A stretch of DNA of 60,327 bases, filler included, from Catajapyx aquilonaris (taxonomy: Eukaryota), in assembly GCA_000934665.2 (NCBI GenBank). It is 2 parts of 2 records of this genome, joined end to end, with 100 filler letters (N's around TTAATTAATTAA, not from the genome) between each part and the next. Parts side by side here need not be neighbours in the genome. Positions count along the whole stretch, not along the records: positions 30,247 to 60,327 come from KZ539196.1; 1 more part is not named here. One strand, given 5' to 3'. Shown one piece after another: positions 50,201 through 60,327 of the stretch (position 1 is the stretch's first letter; every line of letters begins with the position of its first letter). Below the pieces are notes generated by a model. It saw only the letters and a list, made by a program, of their open reading frames with translations, was not told the origin of the DNA and searched no databases. The translations under genes were made by a program, and so were the position numbers.

Positions 50201-53200
50201 TGCGATTTAGTCTCGTAGGACACTTTTATATTTGTTTACGTAAACTTTCTGAATGGCACTTATTGCTTTCCAGTAAGTTACGGCTGGAGATCCCATGCCT
50301 GTGCGTCCATGACAACCGATTTCAACCGATACGCAAGTGAACTAAATTACGAAAACACTGTAGGCTTATATTTAACAACACTCAATAATGATCACTTATT
50401 GGCAATGGGCTGCACATACGAGCAAACACGAAATTAGAGGGGTACTTGTGGCTTGTGATTGTTAATGCGTATAACCATTCACCCCCTTTCTGGTGAAACC
50501 ACATACAAGGTGTTCGCGAATTCGTTTGCCAAAATCATATGGATTGTAGGGGAGTGCGTATGGTAAAGGCATGGCATGGGACCAACAGGCCATCGACACG
50601 ACGCTACGTCTAGAAGATGTAGACCTCTGCCATCGACAATGTATATCCTGACAAGTCTGGATACCCGGGCATGCCTCCGTGCATACCTGCAGTGCTGGTT
50701 GCCGGATTCAGGCGGTTGAGCAGTTGTCTGGGAGCGCCTGACGGCAACCAGCGATGCAGGCATGTATGGAGGTATCCATACTTGCCAGGATAGTCATCGT
50801 CGACATCATACGTCGTCGCTGGCCTTTCGAATCCATGCCATGCTTCTTCCATACGCACCCTCTTCCACCGATATCATTTTTGCAGACGAATTCGCGAACA
50901 CCGTGTGAATCAAAATAATCACAATTATTTATGGGGAGGTTTACTTTTCAAGAAGCTGACTTTTTCAAAGAAAATTCTCCCATGTAAACCAAACCCGCCC
51001 CCCACCACTTTGACAGTATCCTCAAGAACTGATTTTCAGCAGATCACATGGATGAGAGATCTCTGTAGATATACTCTGAACTCGATACATAATTAGTAAA
51101 GGCTTTTAGAAACCAGGTGATCCTTATTATACATCTCCCCAATTCACGCCGTTTCTCTATAACGTCGACAAAATCTGAATGATAAAATAACAGATTCATT
51201 CTGCCGACCGCTCCAGAGTTGCGGGACTTTTGAACAGGCAATACTTTCGCATACCTGTCCTAAAAGATCGAAGATTTCTTTCTTAATTTACCTTGGGAAA
51301 GAGCTAAAATGAGATGACACATTTCTCTTATCGTATCATACTCTTTCTTGACGGTATGGCTCGACAATACGTACTAAACTTATTTTCTTGTACTTATTAA
51401 AGCATAACACACAACCGCGTTTTATAATGCACGTTGGTTTTTTGAGTCCTTAGAAAAGGGAATCGGGTCTACGACTCCGGAAGGCTTTACTATCAAATCA
51501 TCTGTGTAACACACTAATTATCTTATTATTGTATGAGAGAGATATATAGAGAGAAAGTTATGGAAGGGAGGACGTGAGACTATAGCAGTGTGTTCTGAAA
51601 GGAAACCATTCCAGAAATTTCCTGGATAAGGCCGCGGGGGTAAACAGAGAAGACCTAAGTTCAAAATCAGTACCTCAAAAACTAATACTTCTAACATCTC
51701 GAGTAGATTGCGTCGGTCATAATCAAGGCTGTAGCCAGGAGGAACTGCCTTTATACCAAAATAATAACGAACAACTTGACAACTCTTGGCCTGAATGTGC
51801 CTATGGTAATTTCAATATTAAACGATCTAGTATTTGAGTTTCCATATTTTCAGTTTTAAGCAAAAGTGCTGTAGGACTACGAAGTTTCGTTCCCTAGTGG
51901 AAGGAGCTTGCACGCTCGGGAAACCATCTCCGCAGAGCTTCCTCATTGCACCACTAATCCCCGGCACCCCGACCTCAACCTGACAGCCATATGCTCTGCT
52001 CTGCTTGCCTGTCCTTTCCTCCCCTCAACTCGGAAATCGAGTCGTGGAGGATGTACCATGTCACTAACGAGTCATGTATTCGATGCAAGTCTGCAAAAAA
52101 GTACAGTTATGTAAGCAGAATAATCTGATTTCGACCACTGTGAGCCCTTCCTTAGCCCTTGCATTCATATCCAGCTGTTTCCAGCGAGAATGGAGTGGCA
52201 GCCAGCCTATGTGGGCATATCCGACTAATTTGTGTAGTTTCTTCCCATAAAAAACTTGTATTAAATTTTGAAAATGTGGCTAGCTGGCAAGTGATGATGC
52301 TAGGACGTGCATTGCAGTCAACGCACTGGCAAAAGGCCACATTCCAAGCCTTCCACATTTGGACCTCTGGGCTCCTACGTAGAGAATTTTCTGTGCGACT
52401 GTTCTGATTTTTTTACAAGTTCATCAACATGCAAAATACTTACTTGATGCATTAAGAAGGAAGAGGTGAATAATTATCTGGGTCCTAACCACTCTCATAA
52501 TCTCTCAAACGGTCCTCCGTAAACACCTTCTGGGAGTAATGTGTCCAATTATCTCAGATGGTGCAAGGCTGCGAAAAGCAATGTCCCCAGGTCCCAACCA
52601 CCTACAAATATCCGGAAATTATAATTTAGGGACTCGAGGCTGATATCCGTCTTTATGACCACTCCTGACTATCGATTAAACATCAATATAATTAAGTCTG
52701 AGAACAGCTTACCCCTCCTGGGCACTAATAAGTCACATGGTCCGAGAAATTCCACAGAATTATTTCGCATTATTCCATGATATATCACGGGCCACAAATA
52801 GGCCTACTAAGACGGACGAGACCCTACGGGAAGCAGTATTTTGCATAACTCGTCACCCTTCTTTCAACAACAGTATTATTACCGCATTTTTGTGTTACCA
52901 CTTTTCTAACAGGCTCTGTAACACAACGCAATATATGGGCCTGTTTGTGACATGCCTGGTACAAATCGAGTATGAAAAGATACGTTTTCGACACCTTAGA
53001 ATTCATATTTGCTGTCAAAAATGCAAAGAGGTGCGTCCTTAAAAAAGTTATCGGATTATTTTAAAAGGTCAACTTCCCCACCTGCTGTAAGCCCAAGGAG
53101 GGTAGATTAGGAAGGGTCTCCCTTATCTGACCCCCTCCTACTGTGGCCAGCCCAAACCCTTGAATTGCTGCAATTTACAGATCTACCATTTTTTTAAGTT

Positions 53201-55419
53201 CATCATGTTCTGATTACTACTTAAGAGCTCACCTCACTACTCTCGCAATTAAATAAATTCGGGCACTGCGTCCTTTGGGATTGAGACCTTTTGCGAATGT
53301 CATGCCAATATGGCGATGGGAAGCAGCTGTACGTTCACCTTTAATAACTCGCCGTTATAAACCAATCCTACCAGCGATTCTCCATTATCGTCCAGGACAC
53401 TACGTCATCGTTTTTATATCCCCAGGCCCATTGAAGAGAACGCCTTGACGCGTCTTTTGAAAGAGGTGGACAAAGCAGACCCAGCGCACGTAGGAAGAGG
53501 CACATAGTGAAAGGAGACTTTGGGGGTGAATTTAATTCACGAGTGACCTACTGAGGATTCCTTCCTTTCCAATGCTGGGGGTATACGAGTCGGCGGTTAA
53601 GTGGAGTGGGGGAAGGCGGGAAGGGAGGAAGCTTTCACGGTCTCAAGCCTATTTCCAGGTCTCCGGACTCGGCCAGTCCCAGGATTATCCTGCCAGGGGA
53701 ATATAATCTGCATATTGAAATGAGTGGGTGGGGTGGAATGGGCTGGGTGAGCAGGAGGTCCGAGGAGTCCAACTCCAGGGGGGTGGTTGTTGGGTACTCT
53801 CCAGCACTGTAAAAGGTCATTTTCATTGTTCAGTCTCATTTAAAGTCCGTGCGTCCACCTTCCTTGCTTTTCTGGAACGAACCTTTTTTTCTCCTTCCTA
53901 CCCGATTAACTCGGTCTTGTTTGCAGGCCCGGATGTTATAAGTGGCTTTGGAGCCCGTGTTCAGGCCTTAGACTATGATTTGGCTTTATCCACCATCTCA
54001 GATTAGAGCTTTGCTTTGACGAACGCGCCATTTCCAGCAGGAAAGATATCGCCTCAGAATTAATGCTCCAAGTTATATTCAGGATCGTCGCCAACATTTG
54101 CTCCAGGGAAATCCTCGAAATTAGAACTTTTTTCCGGTATGGCAATAAGTGGACTGTGAAGCGTTGAAAATTGGAGCGCCTACATTATCTGGGAGAAGTG
54201 TTAAATTATGCAGTCGTATTAAATGCGTCATTTTATAAAAAGGTGAAATTATATTTTGCGACCTAAAGGTGTGTAAAATTAATGGAAATAAGAGCTAAAG
54301 TCTGTGATATACGTGTCACCGAATAATTTCACGACTCACGTGATTACTTAATTTGCAAAACTATTAGTCACATTTTGTTCACAATTTTGTTATAGCTATA
54401 TATTCTTGATGTGTACTTTCTGGTGATCAAGTCAGTGTTCCCATAGATATGTTACAGCTCCCTAGAGAAATGTCAGAAATGAATCCCATATAAGGAATAA
54501 TGCAAACATCAAATCTCACATTTAAAATCAGTCAAATGTTTCTGATTGTTCTGCATTTCATGACTTCATCTGATATACCACCGCAAAGTGCAAGGTAACT
54601 GCAAAGTGACATTTATGTCAAATACTGCCTTGATCACTAAACATGCAGGAAGAGGCACCATGGCCACTGAAGTACATTTTTATACAGTATAATATGGCAT
54701 ATGCCTTACTCTTACTCTGGTCATAATAATTATATTGCATTAAAACTTTCAATTTCAAAGGAGAATAATTAACAAATTGATTGAATACTTCTAGTGCTCC
54801 TAAAAATGCTTCAGCTTAAAAGGAGCGTAATACATTAGATTGTCACGTACGAAATGGGCTCTCCAGTGGGACGATAACTGAGCTTATTTCATATTTATCT
54901 CCATTGACATCGTGAAAATTACTTGAACTTCTATTACTGAAGCTACAAAAAATTCAGGAAAATCCTAACGTGACATTTCCAATCATGACCGCAAATCCCG
55001 CTATCCATTTGCTTGCTGCACTTTTGATCAAGATTTTAGCAATGCCAACATTCTTGTCATCCTAGCATTTCGTTATAATCGACTATAGAAATCGCACTAC
55101 AACAGTGATGGGCACCTCTCATTTTGCAATGAAAATTAATTCGGAATCAATTCCTGTATGAAAGATGGAAATGCAATGATTTGCTTAATTACTTGAACAA
55201 TGAAAGTGACTGGCAAGGGAATGAGGGGAAGTTCACTGGAATGGAATCAATATGAGGTCCATATAATTATATGGCCAATATGGGTGTCCAATGTACACTG
55301 TAATTCCCTATTAGAGTATGTAACCTATTGTTATAACAAACCACATACAATAAATTTGTATCATAACATAAGTGTACTTCTCTACTATTTACTAACATTT
55401 ATTTTATTTTCCTCAACAG

Positions 55420-55588
55420 AAATGAAAAGTTTTACACCTGCTGTGACGAACCGTACCTGGACATCACATTCAACATTACTATGAGAAGAAAGACTCTATT
55501 TTACACAGTGAACCTTATCATCCCATGTATGGGCATTTCTTTCCTAACTGTGCTGACCTTTTATCTGCCATCCGACAGTGGAGAAAAG
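55420..55588 (+). CDS. nAChRalpha4: nAChR alpha4-like exon with loop C (YTCC) and TM1
   Basis: 169-nt exon encoding [56 protein letters not shown]. The vicinal CC defines an alpha subunit. Branch-point-like ACTAAC at 55391. The next exon is not seen in the window. Confidence 0.96.
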
Positions 55589-57299
55589 GTAAGGATCAAG
55601 AATGCATTACAGTTTGTAGAATCCATGATTAAGTAGAACCTCGACTCACCCAATATATTGTTCAAAAGAGTTAGTTTAGCGGGAGTATTGGTTGAGAAAC
55701 TATATAAACCAAATTTTGTAAACTGTAACAACTTCGGGAGGAGCTTGTGTATAATTGCTTCGAGCCACTTCAAGATTTGCACGATTTGGTACACTAATTG
55801 AAACCACTCTCAAATAAACTCCAAGGCATGTTTTGAACTTCGGGTGGCTCCTTTGACTGGTACTCATTATAGAGGTGGTTAAAAATGGCGGAAGGACGTT
55901 TTTGTTTTGAGTACAACCACTATCGAGAAGTGGATGAAGCTAGTATACTGGTCTGCCAAAGGAAGCCGGGCTCTAATCACATTGGATTGCGGTACTGAAT
56001 ATAACTTACCTAATAAGTAGCTAGCATATATACATTACCATTCCCAATCTAAAATTCATTTCAATTCAGAGCTTACGTAGACGATTAAATACGGCCTAAA
56101 ATTTGCAGCTAAAACTTTTGATAACCACTGAAACGTATTAACTGAAACGATTAATAATAAGCAGCTCAGTAGCAAAAATCGCTTACCACAAATTTAAATC
56201 GAAACACCCTGTAAAACTAGAAATATTTCAACACATTTGCATTGATCGCTGATAAGATAACCAGTTTGTAGTTCTTAATGATAAAAAATAGGACTTAGTT
56301 GCCTAAGAGACTTGCATAGCGTAGGAGTAGGTTGCAAGGTGTTGATTAAATTGGTCGTGAGTGGGCACGGAAGTCCGAAACACTACTAACTCAGCTTGGT
56401 TCAGCTCTGTAAGTGGCCAACTCTAATCACTGACGCACTCATCTTGAACCCACCAAGAACTTTAAGGCTATAAATTAGATTCTCACCTTCCTCTACCAAC
56501 AAAGGAAGCCTTTTCTGATGTCGCAACTCCTAAGGAAAACTACCAGTCACTCCCTTCCAGAGCCTTAAGCTTGAAGAATTTGAGCCATATAATGATTTTC
56601 AATGAATTTTATAATTTGATATATTAAAGATTAACAATTTCCATTCCATTTAACATTCCAACATTTTCACTTCGGCCGCATTCATTTGAAATGTACCAAT
56701 ATAGCACATTACTTCCACCTCAAATAGACGAGATAAATTGGTTTTGTCTTAATTACAAATAAAGGATCATATAAATGAGTCTATTGTAAAGCCATAGCCC
56801 GCCGCGAAAATGTTGGAACCATTGATAATAATTTAAAAGGCAATTTCATTTGCTTGAACACTTCCTTTCCAAAAAAAATTCATAATCCACAGCGCAAGGC
56901 CATAAAAATTCGGGGGGACCCCTGAATCCCCCCCAATGAAGGGGCCCCGCGCCCGACTTTGACTCCGGGCCCCGCGCCCCGTACGCGCCGCGCCGTCGCG
57001 CACAGTGTTTGATATCAGGAAAAACACGATCGAAAATGATAGCTCCTCAACTAATGTTTAAGTACGTAAAAATATGTCTTCTAATGTTTTCGGGGTCGCT
57101 TTCGAATTGCAGGTTATTTAGAACACAGACCTACAGGGTGTACCAAAAACACACGATCGAATTTAAGAACTTGTAGAATAGGCACTATTTGTGTGGAAAA
57201 ATAACATTTCCTTGCATTTCCTGGGTCGCTGATTCAGATTTTTAGGTTATTTAGACACTGCAACTACAGGGTGCACCAAAAACCTTCGTATTTTTTTGT

Positions 57300-57640
57300 T
57301 TTTTTTTGTTTGCCCCGTGATGTCCCTTACGGGATCTATAGGGGGGTGGCACACCACCATCAGTTTTCTATATATTTTTTCAGCTTCTTTCTCCGGTGCA
57401 AGGAAATAGGGACATTGGGAAAGGATGGGGATTGTTGGGGAGGGGACACTTGTGCAGGTGCAATGTCTTAAACCTTTGGGCCATGTGCAGTCCCCCGGGA
57501 GGTTAGGTTGCCAGACACCTCTAAGGTACAGGTCAGAGACCCTCCCGACGCAGGTGGAAAGGAACTCCCAGGCGTGGATCTAACCTGGGACCTTCCACTC
57601 AGCAAGCCGAGAAGTTACCATCTCGGCCACCATACCTTCC
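57300..57640 (-). mobile_element. tRNA-derived SINE (head 2, tail 1) nested in the Transib-like element
   Basis: Head matches the 33932 copy; tail CCCCCTATAGA...CATCACGGGG matches the 580-640 copy; A-rich end. Confidence 0.8.
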
Positions 57641-58071
57641 CNNNNNNNNNNNNNCCCCCCCCCCCCCAAAAAAAACCCCCCCTTCGTATTTAAGAACTTA
57701 TGAAATAAACATTGTAAGTAGGTGACAGTAAAATTTTCCTGTGTGTTCCCAGATTCTGATATTGATTTTTAGGCAAAATTGATTGCAGACCTACATGGTG
57801 TACCAAAAACACCTTCGAATTTAAGCTCGCAGGATAAATAGACTGAGTAATAAAGACTGACCTCACCAATGAGGCCCAACAGTCGGACTAACCTGGCTTT
57901 TCAAAGTACAATACACAATACACTATAATATATGAGGAATATGGTGATGACGAGAACAGCCAGCGAGCCGCAGCCATCCAATATAATGACCTGATGACTT
58001 GAGGTTGTTGTTAATGTCGCTCGACATGAATAACAACCTCAAGTCGTGATATATGTCGGCTGCTTACAATT

Positions 58072-58320
58072 GAAGGGGTTAGTGCCATAACGTGCTAAGC
58101 CACACTTTTGTGTTTTTTGAGCTTGCACGTGTCTGAAAGTCCCACCATCGTGCTTCACAAGTGGGCATCACGTAGTTAGAAAAATTCCCCATAGATCACG
58201 AGAAAATCACGAATAATGTTCCTTGTTTTGTATGATTTGCCATATTAAGCCAAACTTTTGAAAGCCCATATCTCAGAATGAAGGTTTTGTGGCTTAGCAC
58301 GTTATGGCACTAACCCATTC
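58072..58320. mobile_element. Sola-like MITE with AATT target duplication
   Basis: AATT-GAAGGGGTTAGTGCCATAACGTGCTAAGCCACA ... TGTGGCTTAGCACGTTATGGCACTAACCCATTC-AATT. Confidence 0.75.
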
Positions 58321-60004
58321 AATTATTGCACTTCATACCTGCTGATATGTAACAGTTTAGGTGTAGGGATAAGCATATATGATTATATGGCATGGTGTCA
58401 AAAGGGGGACATGTTGGAGAATGCTACGCCATGGTTGATTGATTCAATAGTCAGCAAAGCAAATTAGTCACGCAGGGAATTTAAAAAACCTTTGCCATCT
58501 TGGGGAAAATGTGTTCATGTGTAAAGTTGTTATATGGATAAATATACGTAGGATGAATGTGGGCTTCATGCATATATCTTATTTTGTGTTGTTGGTGTAT
58601 TGGTGTTTAGAAAAAAGTTGAACAATACATTTTGAACAATCCTCGCATGCAACTCTCATGTGTTTTCGTTTCCAGAATTGTGTGTTGCAGATATTTTCAG
58701 ATGGACTATGATTTTCTAGTTACAGTACACCCTGGAATAACAGCAATTTCATGATTTAGCCTTGGATTTAGCCTCGTTTAGCCGCTTTTGCAGGACGTAG
58801 GTTTTATCATACTAATTGCTGAAAATAAAGTTATAAAAAAGAATTTATTTCATAAAAATAAAATACATATTGTTAACTAAAGGACTGATTTTATTATTCT
58901 TACAACCCTTTTAATTAATTAAGTACAATTTTAATAAGTACTTATACCCTTTACCCTACGAGCCCTTAAATTTGATGGCATTTTTGGTACACCCTGTAGG
59001 TCTGAGTTCAAAATTGGCTACAAATCAAACTAAGCTTCCGAGAACACACGAGAAAATATTTGTTTCACTTATTTATGACGTTTAGAATAGAAGTTATTTA
59101 ATACCGTGATCTTTGGTTTGGTACGCGCTGTAGGTCTATGTTCAAAATAAGCTAAAATTCGAAATCAGCGACCACGAAAACATGGGGAGACATGTTTTTT
59201 ACGTACTTAAACGGTTTAGTTGAAGAGCTATCATTTTCGATCGTGGTTTTTCTGATATCAAACACTGTGCGTCACGTCCCTGTATCTGGGTATTTGGTCT
59301 AGCACTCTAGCTTATGCCAGCACGAACAGAAAAAAGAAAAAGGTCCAGGGACCAACAGTATAGGCCTAAGTCTCTCGATACCTCAGTGCAATATACTCGT
59401 ATTAAGTTATAATTATACGCTATCACAATGCACAGGTGGAATAAATCGATATCATCTGTTTTCAAGGCTATCATTACTTATACCCAGTCATGTGATATAC
59501 TATCTGGGATACCATATGATTCAATTTTATGCAGCTGTAAGTTAACTTGAAGCTCGCAAATATCGGAAAATGCAACGAAAAAAAATTGGCACCGTTTTCA
59601 ATAAATGTTGCGCGGAGAACTTCGTCGCGAAATGAAAATGTTGCACGACCCTACCTCCCCCCCCCCCTTTTTTTTACATAATACCCTTTTGTGCCACATA
59701 CCTATATCAAAGTTCATAGCAGGCCTAACAAGAGGTTGTTATCATGCAGGGTGCAGGAAGTGAACGCTGGTATCATGATTATCGGAGATGATGAAGTTGA
59801 AAACACTTATGCCGAGAGTGGTATATTTTTAAAGCTCGTATGCGTACCATTATTATTCGTAAAAATAAAGCAAGGAGCAAGCAAAAATGACCATGAAATG
59901 TAGGCTGGATATAGGCTGAGAAAATACTATATATTCTTGCTGCAGCATTGTTGAAGTAATGTCTTTGGAGTCGTTTTATAATGTTATAAAAAGGTTCTCT
60001 ATTA

Positions 60005-60205
60005 CAGGGTGATTCTCTCGAATGGAAACCCAAACATTCATCAATAACTTTTTAACTATGATATGCTTCCCGATGAAAATTGACTTATACTTACCTTGTA
60101 CCATGCCAAACAAGGTCCGACTAAAGAATATACCAAAAGTGGCCCCCTCCAGCATCCAGGAATTTTTTAATCCGAGTCTGCATCTTTACCGAAGACTCCT
60201 GCCTA
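60005..60205. mobile_element. Left arm of a Tc1/mariner-type MITE (same family as 26066-26544)
   Basis: TA-CAGGGTGATTCTCTCGAATGGAAACCCAAACATTC... matches 26066-26270. Confidence 0.85.
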
Positions 60206-60327
60206 CTGGCGGCGGGCATTGCCTCCATCTCCCGCCAGCCAAGCGCTGTAGGGGGGTTCACAACTAGCTGACGGTAGCATACGAAACGAACGAAACGAAA
60301 TAGTGGACCAATCAGAGCCCAAAAGTG

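Larger units (their letters stand above)
57001..59269. mobile_element. Transib-like non-autonomous element
   Basis: TIRs start CACAGTGTTTGATATCAG, with long subterminal inverted and repeated blocks (ACCTACAGGGTGTACCAAAAA); GC-rich flanks with an imperfect TSD. Confidence 0.75.

Noticed and set aside
53728..54145. Possible LINE ORF1 remnant on the minus strand
   Set aside because: Fragmented, with no motif strong enough to assign.

Overview
This is AT-rich, repeat-dense eukaryotic DNA, most likely from an insect or other hexapod; it is not prokaryotic. All gene models below were assembled by hand from splice signals and frame/phase continuity. (1) A complete 6-exon gene on + (7031-10523) encodes a 258-aa secreted Cys-rich protein with a Thr/Pro-rich tail; the ORF track mostly misses it. 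(2) A convergent multi-exon gene on - (about 12156-16442) encodes a divergent Sox/MATA-type HMG-box protein. (3) Four internal exons of a nicotinic acetylcholine receptor alpha subunit, alpha4-like, lie on + (38369-55588). The rest is a dense, often nested set of MITEs (Tc1/mariner, pogo, piggyBac-, hAT-, Harbinger-, Sola- and Transib-like), tRNA-derived SINEs, a solo LTR, a decayed Tc1/mariner element and microsatellites. An artificial 100-bp N-TTAATTAATTAA-N spacer at 30147-30246 means the two halves may not be contiguous. The most notable observations are a strong excess of TA-flanked micro-palindromes resembling excision footprints, the orphan HMG gene, two GC-AG introns, no visible alternative exon 4' in the alpha4 gene, RSS-like Transib ends, modular SINEs, and a possible decayed viral insertion. 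No clearly novel multi-gene system could be established from sequence alone.
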